Positions 12,310-25,479 of a DNA stretch of 64,000 nt are shown here, piece by piece. The notes below the pieces were generated by a model. It was not told the DNA's origin. It worked only from the letters and a program-made list of their open reading frames with translations, and did no database searches. Source of the stretch: Puccinia triticina (taxonomy: Eukaryota); the NCBI GenBank assembly GCA_026914245.1, contig CP110440.1:1984001-2048000 (forward strand), in the 5' to 3' direction. Position numbers and translations under genes: made by a program. How positions within the stretch are numbered: the stretch's first letter is position 1; the number at the start of each line of letters is the position of its first letter.

Positions 12310-15300
12310 GGTTGGTGACACTGCCAATATGATTGAATCGGTTGGCTACATCCGCGCTTACATCAGATGTTTTGAACCAATGTTACATCGGCGCAAGCGT
12401 CCGACGTAACTGTCTGGCGATGTTATATCGGCGATGGCAGATGTCACATCGCCGTGGTCCAATTTCAAAAGGGACGGTGGCAATGTAACATCGCCGGGCA
12501 CCCCACCGACACAACCCTTGGTTGACGTCATGTCGACCAAGTTGTATACCCACTCAAATTACCTCCAACTCAACATCGGCCCAAGGCGAGATTGCATCGG
12601 CCATCAGCGACGCAATAGTTGACTCAAAATTGGCAGGGGGCGTTTTTGGATCGGTGTTGACAAGACTACAACAGTATGGCACGATGCAACCTCGCCCTTG
12701 GGCGACACAACTCCGCTTTCGCTCGATGCAAACCCGCTCCCGGTCGATATAACATCAATTTCCGCCGATGCAATCTCGGTCAGAGGACCCGACGCAATTG
12801 CAGAGTAGGATCACACTAGGTACATAAGGCAAAACACTCGAATTACCGGGGCCTCCCTCCTTGAATTGTCTTATCTGCTAACTGGGACTATTAGTCCTGC
12901 TAAACGGGCACAGGAACTTGATACTCGTTTCTTAGATGGTCATCCACCAGCTAACTTGAACGGGTCAACACGACTCGGCTTGCTTGCTCAACTAGTATTT
13001 TTCTTATATTTTATCAATAATCAAAGACCCATGCAGGTGTTCTAGAATCTGCACTGGATCCCACCAAATCACCCGCCGCTAATACAATATTTGGGCTCTC
13101 TTATTTGTTGATTGGACAAGCAGCTACACGACTTCATTTGTTGTTTGATTGAGGCTCAAATCAAAGCTGGTGCTGAAGCAAGAACTTGAAGCGCCCGAAT
13201 GGCCGAACGCCTCGGCCCGGATTCCAAACGGGCGGCTACCTTGCGCGCTCCATTGTTGGCTTCTTCCGGTTCTTCCGGCCCTTCGGTTTTTGCCAAGTCT
13301 TCTGAACTTTGCCTCACAAGATTCATCCTCCACGTGAGCAATTCCTTGTCTTCTCCTCATCGCCACCACCTCCATCTCATATCTCACTTGACAATCGCAA
13401 GCCAAGGCGGCTGATGCTCGCCGTCAACCCTTTCCACGTGTCCGACTCCACGCTGAGCCTCAGCTTCTCCGCAAAGCCTGAGTGGGTGCCCTGGGGTATC
13501 TGCTGGCCGCGGCCGCCGAGCGCTTCAACAACGTGCTTCTCTGGTTGCGCGCCAACGACCTTGCCAGCCACCCCCAACCAGCTTCTCGCCCCGCCCAGTC
13601 TCCCGCCGTGCACGGCTATCCGGACGGACTCGCCTCCCACCCCGTGCACCCGGCTGCTCTTCTTCCGCCGCCCAAAAACCCTGCGGCTTCCCTTACGCCT
13701 GCCTGTGTCTCGTCGAGTCCAGAGCCGACGGCCCGCTCTGGCAACACTATGTCGGCCTCTTTGCCAGCTCCAACAAGCGCCGCCTGCGCCCCGCACCGCG
13801 CTCGGCAATCGGCTTGAGAACACCCATCCGCCTAAGCATGCACTCAACCATCCGGTATCTGCGGAAGACAATCCTGTGCCCCGTGCGCCTCTCAAGCTCG
13901 CCAAGATCCCTCAAGCTCAGTGCCCCCATCGATGAAGCCCCCTCCGTCGCCACTGACCATCTGTGTGGCCTGCAGATTTCGCAGGCGCCCGTCTCGTGGA
14001 GCCAGACCTGGAGTCCCCGGTCGATGCCCTTGAGCTACTCGGCTTGTGAAGCCTCCGAAGACCCTACGCGGTGCCCGTGCAGGAACGCCGTTTTCCCGGC
14101 TGCCCCCCGCACGCCATCAAACCCTAGACGCCCAACGAGGCCGCGCACCGGCTAGACACCTATCTCCAACGCTGCGCGAGATCTTGGACACGGCTGTGGA
14201 GGTCACGCGCTGGACGCCCAGACAGAAGATCCCGCGGCGGCGCCTGCCGGCCACTTGGTGGCCCAAGTGATGGTGGAATGCGCGCTGGGCAGCGTCAGCC
14301 GACGAGGAGTTGTGTGCCGAGTCTTCTTGCTACAGCCCCTCCGTCCGCTTGCGCCCTCAGGCCGTGCCTCTACCCGCCTCGGCCCCCATCCAAGACCAAC
14401 TGGCAACCGTTCTGACAAACCCAAAACCACATCCGCGCAAGAACCTGCTTGCCCGCGCCGCCTCCTCGACCCCCTTCTGCTTCCTACGGAAATGAATAAT
14501 GAGGATCAGAATTTAAGTCAACTGTGTATGGTACATTATGTGGTTACTGTGGTGGTCTTTTGGCTGAGTAGTTTCCAGCGGACTATCAACTTCCATAGAT
14601 GTGTTGATGTTGTCAAGGAATGAAGCAAATGGATCTTTGCACATGAGCAAATAATTAGGGAGATTGACTTGCCCCTGCGGTTTCTTTGGGGGGAGCGGAG
14701 CTAACTTAACTAAATCCCTCCTAGAGGGAGGGACTTGCCTTACAAGTTACAGGTAATTTTGGCCTGAGACAAACATCAAATTTCTAGGTCTTTGCAAATC
14801 TCTATGTTTGTGTAATCTCCCTCTACTAGCTATTACTACATTCAGAATTAGACTCATCAGAAGCTTGTCTATCTTCTACCATTGTCTTATGTCTTTTGCT
14901 TCAACCAAATCATATATATGATGTGATTAATGTAATATCAACAAAATCCATCCTGGTTCAAATAGTATGGTTTTGAAATTCACTAGACTTTTAAGGTTGC
15001 TCTGCCAGCGCTTTTCACAGATTGTGGCTCAAGATTGTTCAAGAGCAAGTATGTATGTTCTGGTCAAATTTTACAAAGAAATTTGGCTGTTGAGTTTAAA
15101 CTCTAGTACATTGAGTATTGGTTTAGTCTATGCATGTGCTCATACATATAACGTGTACATGTGGCACTGGTAGCATGTCGATCAATCAGACCCCACTTGC
15201 TGAACACCAAACTCCAACTCTGACCTCTCTCTTTGCAAATAACTCTAATCTTGCCTGTTCTCTTCTTTCTCATTGTTGTCAACCCTCAACCTTCATTACC

Positions 15301-15649
15301 ACCAAAAAAGATAAACTGTCACTACACTACAGGTGACATCAGCATAATTCCATTGAGCTACCCTCCAGTTGCACAGTTGGCTGCATGGACATCCCCCTGT
15401 AGGAAATAAAGGGGCCATTGTAGCCTAGTTTTGATAGGGCCAGAGCTGGGAATAAGTGACAGCTATTGTTGTTTGGTGTCACCTGATGTCTGGTGACAAT
15501 TGATTTTTCCTGGTGTACAGTGCTGCGGGTTTGTGCTATGGAACTTGTATTGTTAAGGGGGGAAGGAAAGGGTGATGGTAGGGCCCATGCCACATCTAGA
15601 TTACTGTGCCAACTAGAACCCTTTAACAAATGAAAATGGTAGTTGAATA

Positions 15650-17230
15650 GTGCTCCGGCACTATTCAGTGTGCCGGGGCACTATTAAGTGTGCCGGGCAC
15701 TATTCAGTGTGCTGGGGCACTATTCAGTGTGCCGGGGCACTATTCAGTGTGCTGGGGCACTATTCAGTGTGCCGGGGCACTATTCAGTGTACTGGGGCAC
15801 TATTCAGTGTGCCGGGGCACTATTCAGTGTGCCGGTGTGGTAGACACTTTAGTTCTGGATGGAAAAATTCAAAAATTTCTAGTTTACATATGTAGTGTTA
15901 AAATTACACCATCTTTTGATACACACACTCCCTTCAGTTTACATACACAGTTTTACAAAACTGCATGTATATAGCTTACATACTACCCTTTTACATATAT
16001 ATGTGGCTGCGTAGCAACCAGCCAGCCTCATATGCAGCTGTGTAGCAACCACAAGCCACTTATTACAGTAACCCAGCAACCACAAGCCACATTAATAAAG
16101 CGGCATAGTAACCATGGGGCTGTGCAAGTCAATCAAGCAGACTACACAGCAATACAGAAAGCTGTGCAGGTCACTTGAGAAGACTCCATAGCAACCAGAG
16201 GGCTGTGTAAGCCACACTTGTAACTAGATCACCAGCTAAATTTGCTCATGTATACACTGCCACACTGTACATAGCTGTATTTGCACAGCATTTGTAAAGG
16301 CACACCAGCCAAAACCCCTCATGTACATAGACCACCAGCATAAATGCCTCACATTTTCCTATATAAGGAGGGGCTCTCTCTTCCTTTTCCCCCCATCCAT
16401 CAAAGGAAGGAGATCATTCCGCCCCAAGATTCAAATAAATTGTCACCCTCACACTCTCCGCCACATAATAAAATACTAGCTTTATATTTTGAAATACACA
16501 GTCCATTGTGAGCCACTTGTGAGAAAAGTATTCAACTACACTAGACCACTGTCTTCTTGCTTCCAGCCTAGCTGGGGGTGTTGTCAGTCTTTGTCTTTCA
16601 GAGAAGCAGGGGTTTCCCCACTCATACTTCTCTAAATTCAGCCATAAGAGGTGCAAACCGCTTTTGGAGTCTCACACCGGGGCACTATTCAGTGTGCCGG
16701 GGAACTATTCAGTGTGCCGAGGCACTATTCAGTGTGCCCGGGCACTGTTCATAGTGCCAGAGGTACTATTCAGTGTTCCGGGGCACTATTCATAGTGCCT
16801 TTGGCACTATTCAGGGTGCTGGGGCACTATTCATAGTGCCTTTGGCACTATTCAGGGTGCTGGGGCACTATTCATAGTGCCTTTGGCACTATTCAGTGTG
16901 CCCGGGCACTGTTCATAGTGCCAGAGGTACTATTCAGTGTTCCGGGGCACTATTCATAGTGCCTTTGGCACTATTCAGGGTGCTGGGGCACTATTCATAG
17001 TGCCTTTGGCACTATTCAGGTTGCCTGGGCACTATTCATAGTGCCTTTGGCACTATTCAGAGTGCCGGGGCACTATTCAGAGTGCCTTTGGCACTATTCA
17101 GGGTGCTGGGGCACTATTCATAGTGCCTTTGGCACTATCCAGGGTGCTGGGGCACTATTCATAGTGCCTTTGGCACTATTCAGGGTGCTGGGGCACTATT
17201 CATGGCGCCTTTGGCACTATTCAGGGTGCC
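15650..17230. repeat. 20/21-bp minisatellite (GGCACTATTCA core) split by a solo LTR
   Basis: 20-bp units at 15650-15835; alternating 20- and 21-bp units at 16681-17230. Confidence 0.92.
15836..16676 (+). mobile_element. Solo LTR with 4-bp TSD (CCGG)
   Basis: TGTGG...CTCACA; CCGG at 15832-15835 and 16677-16680; TATA box CCTATATAAGG near 16358; removal restores the minisatellite unit. Confidence 0.8.
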
Positions 17231-20200
17231 TTTTCCAATCAATTATGTCATAGCTCTGGAACCATGAAATATTTCATCAAAAAAAATTACATAATCGGAA
17301 AGCCCTATTACTTGGCTGCCCATCATCATAAATAATCTTCCTTCCTCCTTAATCAATTTTAAAACCATACTATTTGAGCCAAGATGTGCTGTTTGTCAGC
17401 TTGGACAGTGGCCAGAGCTGGAGAATCTTGATTGTCAAATGAACTGTTGAATAGGTGAAAGGGGGGCGGCAAGGTTTCTTGAGGGCTGAATCACGTGGGT
17501 GTCAGGGGCAGCACTATCTCCTGAGAATCAATTGGATGTTGGTCCTGAGCATCAATTGGATGTTGTGTTGACTAAGTGGTTGGGTTGATTATTTTGCCTT
17601 GCTGCTGGAAGGGTTAGAGAAGTTGAAACACATTGCTTCTTGCCTTTCTCAGAACTCCTTGTTGACTGACGTAAGATGTGTTGATTGAAGCACAGATGCG
17701 TTGACTCACTCACAGATGTGTGGACTGACGCACGGATGTGTCGAGCTTACGCAGCCTCTCTGGAGATGTTGTGGGACAACACTCTTGTAGAGAGGCTTAT
17801 GCGCAAAATCAGGCCGCGGGGCTGGCAGCATCTCAAAATCACTCAAATTACCTCTTTAGAAATTGTTGCAGGAAAGCAACACACTTGGTTGACTATCCCA
17901 ACAGATGGAATCCATCAGTGTCCTGGCGCACAGTTTTGGTGATATGTAGCTTTCTCATATCTTGCAAACCTGATTTTTGAGTGGCAAAAGAAAATCAAGT
18001 CAAACTCCTCTTTTTTACAGTGCAATATTGCCTTATTCCACTTTATGGCAAATTTATTATTAATTCAGTTTTGCCAGCAAAGAACAATAAAAGGCACAGG
18101 AAATTTCATTTAGGTTTTTACTACATATTCTGGGGTTTGATTCTGATGGTGAAGGATTCACCAAAATCAGCAACTTTCAAAAATACGTTGTGGTGCTCCA
18201 TTCCAAACCATAAGTAGTGTTTTATTGCTTTTCTTTACATACATTCATCATTACATTTCCCATTTCCCCCATAACTCTTCACAAATACTTCATTATTATT
18301 GCATATTCAGATTCTACGCCAAATTTCACCTATAGTCACTCATACATAGTACCCCCTTATCTTCAATGGTTCAGTAGTTATATAAGGATATAAGACTTGC
18401 AGACAACCTACATTCTTCATTAGTTACAATACTCATTTCATTAGTAACCTACTTGAATCATTACAGTAAATTCCTTTTACATATTTATTCTCACATACTA
18501 AACCCTTTACATACATTTCTCATTATGTACTATGCCTATTGTACACATTACATCATTGGATCTGTGCTTACCTCTTTCAGTAGTGCTCATCATTACAAGT
18601 AGTTACTATGTTCTCATCACTCTTCCCCATTAGTACATTCTTTTATTCCCATAACCAGCATTCCCCTTTCAGCATTGCTCATCATTACATACTGTTACTA
18701 TGTTCACATCACTCTTCCTCATTTGTACAACCTTCATTCTCATAGCCAGAACTCCTTATTGTCTGTGCTCATCCTTCCTTCATATAAGAACTGTCTTTCC
18801 CCCCTCACTTGTACCTTATGCAGAATTTATAGATAATTTTAGATACAGAAATTATAAGTGCCCATTCTCATCAACCCCTTGCCATTAAACCTTGCCATTG
18901 CATTCCCCACTCTCATCACTTCTCCAACTCTCTTACCCTCAGTAGTCAGTAGTTAAAGCTCATAGTACTAGCTCCTAAGATCAAGCAGAAATCAGCCACA
19001 CCTTTTTCTTCTTTTTCTTAGTGTTACTCTCATCCCCTCAGCATTAGTCAGGAAGGCAGCCTCATCAGCACCCTTGCATAGCTTACATTAGTACTAGTGT
19101 TGCTATCCATTTCCCTTCCAAGCTCTATTCTCCCCCTTGAGTAATTCCACAACGTATAAACTAATAATGTAAAATTCAAAATTTTGAAGAGACTATTATG
19201 ATGGGATGACACAGCCCATCCTTTCTGTTGAAAAACAAATCAAGGTTTTCTGAGTTTGTGAGGTGTAGTGCGGAAAAAGGGTGCTCTACACCAAACGATT
19301 TCCTGCTCTCAGGCCAAAAGGCTGACATTGCAAAGTCCCTCTACCAATGTTAGTGGGGTTGCACACGCCTCCCGCGCCCCTCTATCAAACTGGGTACGGG
19401 GGACTTGTGTCAAGTTTGCGGATGCGTTGACTGACGCACGGATGTCTGGCCAGGCATAGCGGCACACCCAGCGCGCATTCCGCCATCACTTGGGCCACCA
19501 AGTGGCAGGCAGGCGCCGCCGTGGACTCTCCTGTCTGGATGTCCAGTGCGCAACCTCCACACCCATGTCCAAGATCTCGCGCGGCGTTGGAGATAGGCGT
19601 CCAGTCGGTGCGCGGCCTTGTTGGGCGTCCAGGGTTTGATGGCGGGCGGGGAAGGCGGGGAGGGGGCAGCCAGGAAAACAGTGGTCATGCACGGGCACCG
19701 CGTAGATCCTTTGGAGGCTTCAGAAGCCGAGCAGCTCAAGGGCGTCGAACAGGGACTCCAGGTCTGGTTCCACGAGACATGCGCCTGCGAAATCTGCAGG
19801 CTACACAGATGGTCAGTGGTCAGTGGCGCGGGAGGGGGCTTCATCGATGGAGGCACTGAACTAGAGGGATCTTGGCCGCGAGCATGAGGGCCGCACGGGG
19901 CACATGATTCTCGTCCTCTGATACCGGATGTTTGAGTGCATCCTTAGGTGCATGGGTGTTCTCAAGCCAATTAACGAGCGCGGGGCGGGGCGCGGGCGCT
20001 TGTTGGAGCTGGCGAAGAGGCCGAAAAAGTGTTGCCAGAGGGGGCCGTCGGCTCTGGACTCGCTGAGACACAGGCAGGTCTATGTATGGGCAGCCGCATG
20101 ATTTTTTTGGCGGCGTAAGAAGGGCAGCCGGGTGTGTGGGGTGGGAGGCAAGTCCGTCCGGATAGCCGTGCATGGTGGGAGACAGGAGTATGAAGTTCCT

Positions 20201-21464
20201 GTGCGCAAATAGTCCCAGTTAGCAGATCCATTAGAGAGACGCGGAAAATTCAAGGAGGGAGGCCCCGGGGTAATTTGAGCATTTTGCCTTATGGACCTGG
20301 TGTGATCCCACTTTGAGATTGCGTCGCGGCCTCTGACCGAGATTGCATCGGCAGAAATTGATATTTTATCGACCGGGAGCAGGTTTGCATCGAGCAAAAG
20401 CAATATCGGGTCAAGCAAGGGCGAGGTTGCATCGTGCCAGCCCGGTGGAACCTCGCAAAAGCCCATCGAAAAGCGGCATCACGCAATATTGAGTCAATCG
20501 TAGTGTTGCAGATGGTCGATGCAATGTGGCTTGGGGCCGACGTTGAGTTGGGGGGCCTTTGGGTCAGCTTACAACCTGGGCAACACAACATCAACTGGGG
20601 GTTGCGTTGGTGGGGTGTCTGCCAATCTTACATTGCCCACCGGCCTTTCAGATCGGACCACAGCAATGTAACATCTGCCATTGCCAATTTAACATCACAA
20701 GACAGTTACGTCGGACGCTTGCACCAATGTAACATCGGTTCAAAACATCCGACGTAAGCGCGGATGCAGCCATCCGACACAATTGTATTGGCAGTGTGAT
20801 TTGGTATGTTGAATGTGTGATGGGTGTCCAGTGTCCAAAGAAGTGTAGGTTCCAATGCAGAGGGGCTCCAGTGACGCTTCCAGTGGTAACTAGGGGTAAA
20901 AATGGCCGTAGAATACTTTTCTGGGGTCCATTTGATGGTATCTTGAGGCGTATTGTGAGTAAATATGTAGTATAGAAAAAACTTTTGATTTTTCACTTTT
21001 CCGTCTACCACACCGGCGATCTCAATTCAAGGACTGGTTACTCTGACCACAACGTTTGAAACATTCAATGGTCGCCAATTCAAGCATTTTCTGGAATTTG
21101 ACTTGGTGAGTCGTGCTAGTGCAAACATCAAAGGGTATGTAAACCTGAATGATGAAAGGGGTATTGAAAGGGATGTAAAAAACTCAAAGGGGACATGTAA
21201 ACATGAAATTTTCATGAAAGGGGAATTTCCACAGGTATTAACTCAGGATTGTGGAGCCTATACTCAGTTTTTTGGAGCTTAGACTCACTCTTGCATAAAT
21301 TATGCAATTTGAATGTAATCAACAAGAGCTTGATTCTTGCATGAGGCACAGCTTGCCTTGAGCTCTTGCACATCAACTGCAAGCAGTTTCTAGAGTTTTT
21401 CTTGCAGTGCTCCCCCCTTTTTTTTCCAACATCAGTGAAACATCAAACTGCATGAATTGTTGAC

Positions 21465-21680
21465 AACCAAACACTGAACACCACTGAACACCAAAAAACA
21501 ACTGAACACTGAACACTGAAAACCGACTGAACACTGAACCCCACTGAACAAAAAACCAACTGAACACTGAACCCCAGTGAACAAAAAACCGACTGAACAC
21601 TGAAACCCACTGAACAAAAAACTGACTGATCACTGAACCTCAATGAAGAAAAAACCAACTGAACACTGAACCCCAACTGA
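21465..21680. repeat. Low-complexity ACTGAAC-based tandem repeat
   Basis: Many ACTGAAC copies with AAAAAACC/CCCC spacers. Confidence 0.85.
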
Positions 21681-21950
21681 AATTTTTTCTCCTCTGTCTT
21701 GATCTGCCACCAGGAACTTCCTGAGTTTGGTTTTTTCTGCCTTATTGGGGGCCCTTATTGAAAGGCTTGTACCGGAGGCTCCTATTGAAGAGCTCAGTCT
21801 GGCACCAATCTGCTCAAAGAAACCTTCTCTGCAAATTTCTCATACTTTTCTATGACATATTTTTGATCTTGAATTGAGATGATTTTTTTACCACTATCTT
21901 CCCATTTGATAACCTTTCTCCTGCCCTTTTTCTTTTATAGGAGGGGAGAC

Positions 21951-22308
21951 TGTAACCCCCTCCTTTGGGGTCTCACAAGGATGTCAAATAGCTATCACAA
22001 GATTACATAATCCACCTGATATTTAGTCTACACTCGCTTCCACCCTCTAGCCAGTAGAGATCTTGCCCTTCACATCTCTCCCGGCTAGGTAAGATTCCCT
22101 GTTTCCTTTTTTCTTCTTCTTCCCCTTCTGATTCCCATAGTTGTACTTACTGAGAGATCTTGCCCTTCACATCTCTCCTGGCTAGCCCTCACATTGATTC
22201 CCCCGTAATACAGACCCATGATCTAGAACTTGCCTACTGAGGCCCTTCAAGCTCCGCCCATTGTGCACCATCCAACATACAGTGAAGGACTCATCTGAAG
22301 TCCTTACA
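21951..22308 (+). mobile_element. Probable 3' LTR preceded by a polypurine tract
   Basis: AGGAGGGGAGAC then TGTAAC...CTTACA; internal duplicated GAGATCTTGCCCTTCACATCTCTCC; no TSD. Confidence 0.6.
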
Positions 22309-22448
22309 TAACTGGGTGCAAAGTGCCAGCTCTAAATCTCACTGATAGTGTGAAATCGGAATTGAAAGATGTAGGAAGCTTTAGGCAAAATTGTGAGAAA
22401 AGAAGTTTGGCTAGCCTGTTGATGGGAGATAATCTGCATTTTGGGTTT

Positions 22449-22476
22449 GCAGCGGCAGAGCCGCTTTGGCCTCTAG
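22449..22476 (+). mobile_element. Helitron-like 3' terminus (GC hairpin + CTAG|T)
   Basis: GCGGC-AGA-GCCGC, short spacer, CTAG followed by T; motif recurs elsewhere in the window. Confidence 0.6.
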
Positions 22477-23294
22477 TGTTGTACATACATGAGATTAAAA
22501 TTAAGAAATACATTTCTGTTTCTCCCATTATTTCAATTTTTGACTTTGCTAGACAGGGATGGACAGTTGTCCACGGTGCACCAGCTTGCTGGTGTTGTGT
22601 GGCAGTTTTTGGATTGTTGTTTTGTTGTACTGCTGATGCTTATTTTTTTCTAGATGCTATAGTTACTGGGGGAAAGCCTGGCTGTTCCTCTTTGCCACTC
22701 TTGTAAGGGGGAAACCCTTGATTTTGTTTTGTTATTTTTCTTGTTTTGTAGGGGGGACCCTTGGAGTTTTGTTTCATGAGTTGAAGGATTTAATATAATT
22801 GGATTGAAGCTTTTTTGAAGCAAACTATGGCAAGTGTTCAAATGTAAATCAACTTCTACCTTTCAGTTCCCAAATGACAGCTGGTGGCAGTTGACCAAAT
22901 TTTTCTGGTAGTAATATAAAAATGAAACAACCCATTTATGTCATTTTTTACTAATTTGAAAATTTAACAGATTCCAATGTGCTACATCATTATGTAATAG
23001 GTAGAAAGCCATGAGCAGTTTCTTTTGAAACAAATTTCACCAGTTTTTTCAAGTAGCATCTTTTGAAAAAAACTCACATTTGAAACAATGTATGTAAGGC
23101 TGTCTCTTGATGGTGTGTTCTACTTCTTGATAAACTCTTCAGATAATCAGATTCATGCAGATTGGAACAATTTTTTACCAGAATATCTTCTTCTTTTCCA
23201 ATCAAGGTGGAAAAGTGAACTCTAATTCAAGCCTTCCACTTTGAACCTTGGTCCTACCTTTTGTGACAATTCAATACCTCTGCAGTCATTTAAA

Positions 23295-24941
23295 ATGAGG
23301 ATATTCCAGTTGCATTTATTTATTTTATTGAATATCAAGTGCAATGGCATGGATTACTTACCCCATGATTATGAATCTTTCTTTGGATTTGAAATTCCTC
23401 AGTTGGATAACATGGATGATTTCATGTTATCTCTTTGTCCAGAAATTAGCAATTCTGATCCCAACCTAAATTCCACTCCCACTTCCAGTCCCAGCACATT
23501 CAAAAATCAAGTTTACCCTTTAGATCATGCAGAAATTCCATATCTCAATTCTGAATTTTTGGAAGTGCCCAGAGATATTGATGGAATTTTTTCTCCTATC
23601 CAGCAGAACCAAAACAAGAACCAGCCAAATGTTAAAATAGCTGATGAAATTGAATTGGTATCAGGTTTTTCTTTCAACTCCATGGAAATGGATTTTATAA
23701 GACCACAGGAAGATTTGAAATCAATTATACCAAATAATGGCCCAGAAGTAATCCAAGACACTTGTAGGGGGAAAAATCCAAATTTGACTGCCCGGCATGA
23801 TTGTTTCAAGAAGTCTGCTTGCTCAAGAAGCAAAAAAAAACCTTCTGAGCTTCAAAAAAAGCCTGAATATCCAGTTGTAACACAATCACAAAAAATGGTG
23901 ATGACTGCAAGACCATCTAGCCCCCCACCTTCAAGTAGCATCAATCTGGGGATTGAAAAGGCAATATGGCACTGTGAGATCAAACATGATTCAGATAATT
24001 TAAAGGGTCCATTAATTTCTTGGTCCAACTCATCTTACAAGAAGGGTTGCATTATAGAATTTCCATACAATATTATCAACAATGATATTTTTCTTATGGA
24101 TAAAACTCAAATAGAGAAGAAGGAGGAAGGAGAAAGATTAAAATTTGATAGGATGGCCTTCACCAATCATCAATCAGCCAATCCTGAATTACACACCAAC
24201 ATTCTAAACCTGATTGAAAAAATTTCAATAAGAGGGCCTGCATGTGGTGAACTGAGGATGACAAAAAAACAGTTCAGTATATATCACCCTGATGTAAATC
24301 TAATCTCCTCCAAGGAAGTTCCAATGCATGACTATAATCCCGGGAACAAAATCAAGAAGGCTGAATCAAAAAAATCATGTTTTCCCAGAAAGATTTTCAC
24401 AAATGATGGAAGGAAAAGAGTGATCTTTGCACAAGACCTTCTAATGCAGAAATCAGAGCTTTGGTTTTCCCATTGGAGTAAGAGACTGAACAGAAACACA
24501 AAATATCTCATTGATAAATTTGAACTGATTCAACCTTACAAGATGAAGAAGACAGTGATAACCTTCCTATTCTATGTTGAGATGATTGAAAACATTTTAC
24601 CCAGATCAGCCACGGAAAAAGAGGAGTCAAAGGGTGGGATAGAACTAGAAGAAGCTTTGGTTGTCTTAGAAACCATCTTCAATCCATACAAGACTGTTGA
24701 TAATTGGAGCCTGAAGGAGAATAGGGGATATATATTTGAAAGGATTGGCATTACAAGAGGTTCACAAGGTTTACTCCCAGCTTTTTGGAATATGATACAG
24801 GTTTGGGTGTGTAATTATAGGAAGGAATTGGTTGATGTTACTTTTGTCAAAAACAAATCCATTTGTCATTTGGTCAAGTCCTTCTTCAATATTGTTTTCT
24901 TTTGTTCCATTAAAGTTTTGAGCCGTAGAATCAAAACATAA
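23295..24941 (+). CDS. Intronless ~548-aa lineage-specific protein, possible signal peptide (candidate secreted protein)
   Basis: Long open frame in AT-rich DNA. First ATG at 23295 gives MRIFQLHLFILLNIKCNG. Low-complexity N-half, helical C-half (TFLFYVEMIENILP...SFFNIVFFCSI). Confidence 0.75.
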   Translation: MRIFQLHLFILLNIKCNGMDYLPHDYESFFGFEIPQLDNMDDFMLSLCPEISNSDPNLNSTPTSSPSTFKNQVYPLDHAEIPYLNSEFLEVPRDIDGIFSPIQQNQNKNQPNVKIADEIELVSGFSFNSMEMDFIRPQEDLKSIIPNNGPEVIQDTCRGKNPNLTARHDCFKKSACSRSKKKPSELQKKPEYPVVTQSQKMVMTARPSSPPPSSSINLGIEKAIWHCEIKHDSDNLKGPLISWSNSSYKKGCIIEFPYNIINNDIFLMDKTQIEKKEEGERLKFDRMAFTNHQSANPELHTNILNLIEKISIRGPACGELRMTKKQFSIYHPDVNLISSKEVPMHDYNPGNKIKKAESKKSCFPRKIFTNDGRKRVIFAQDLLMQKSELWFSHWSKRLNRNTKYLIDKFELIQPYKMKKTVITFLFYVEMIENILPRSATEKEESKGGIELEEALVVLETIFNPYKTVDNWSLKENRGYIFERIGITRGSQGLLPAFWNMIQVWVCNYRKELVDVTFVKNKSICHLVKSFFNIVFFCSIKVLSRRIKT

Positions 24942-25039
24942 AAATACTGTGTCAACACAACTGGTAAGTTTTGTTCTATTAAAAACTGGAGTCCAAGGCG
25001 GCTATAAAACTGCACTTTCACCGGTCCAACCTCCACTTC

Positions 25040-25318
25040 CATTCCTTTATCCCCCACAGTCTTCACCCCAATGCCTGCCCGACACAATCACCATTGGCAT
25101 TTGCCACCCCTGTTTGACATTATAGCTCCCCCTGAATCTTTTCAACCAGGAATAAAAATTAAAACCCCAAAGCTATGAACATTCCCTTATCCCACATAGT
25201 CTTCACCCCAATGCCTGCCCAACACAATTGCCATTGGCATTTGCCACCCCTGTTTGACATTACAGCTCCCCCTGAATCTTTTCAACCAGGAATACAAATT
25301 AAAACCTCAAAGATATGA
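25040..25318. repeat. 140-bp tandem duplication
   Basis: CTTCACCCCAATGCCTGCCC... at 25061 and 25201. Confidence 0.92.
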
Positions 25319-25479
25319 CATCCACATCCTTGAGTTGCATTCTTTTTTAGTTTTCAACTTTAAACAGTACCCAATCACCCTTGACACTCAGTTTGAAGCA
25401 TAAAGTTTAGTTTTTCCCAGTGTAAGATCTCATCATATCAATTAACAAGTGAGCCATGAGGGTCACAATTTTATAGCCC

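Larger units (their letters stand above)
12319..20796. mobile_element. 8.5-kb non-autonomous CACTG (CACTA/CMC-like) element with long imperfect inverted arms and 3-bp TSD (TGA)
   Basis: CACTGCCAATA at 12319 and TATTGGCAGTG ending 20796, TGA on both sides. 12319-12925 matches revcomp of 20185-20796; 13600-14285 matches revcomp of 19460-20180. Confidence 0.85.

Noticed and set aside
13124..14623. Multiple 100-200 aa Pro/Arg/Ala-rich ORFs (and their mirror at 19410-20757)
   Set aside because: GC-rich TE arms; frames are not conserved between the arms and no domain is recognisable.
15650..17230. CRISPR-like array of palindromic repeats (also 1135-1468 and 2970-3170)
   Set aside because: No unique spacers, no cas genes, eukaryotic context; these are minisatellites.
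21373..21676. Hydrophobic membrane-like ORFs
   Set aside because: Translations of the ACTGAAC simple repeat.
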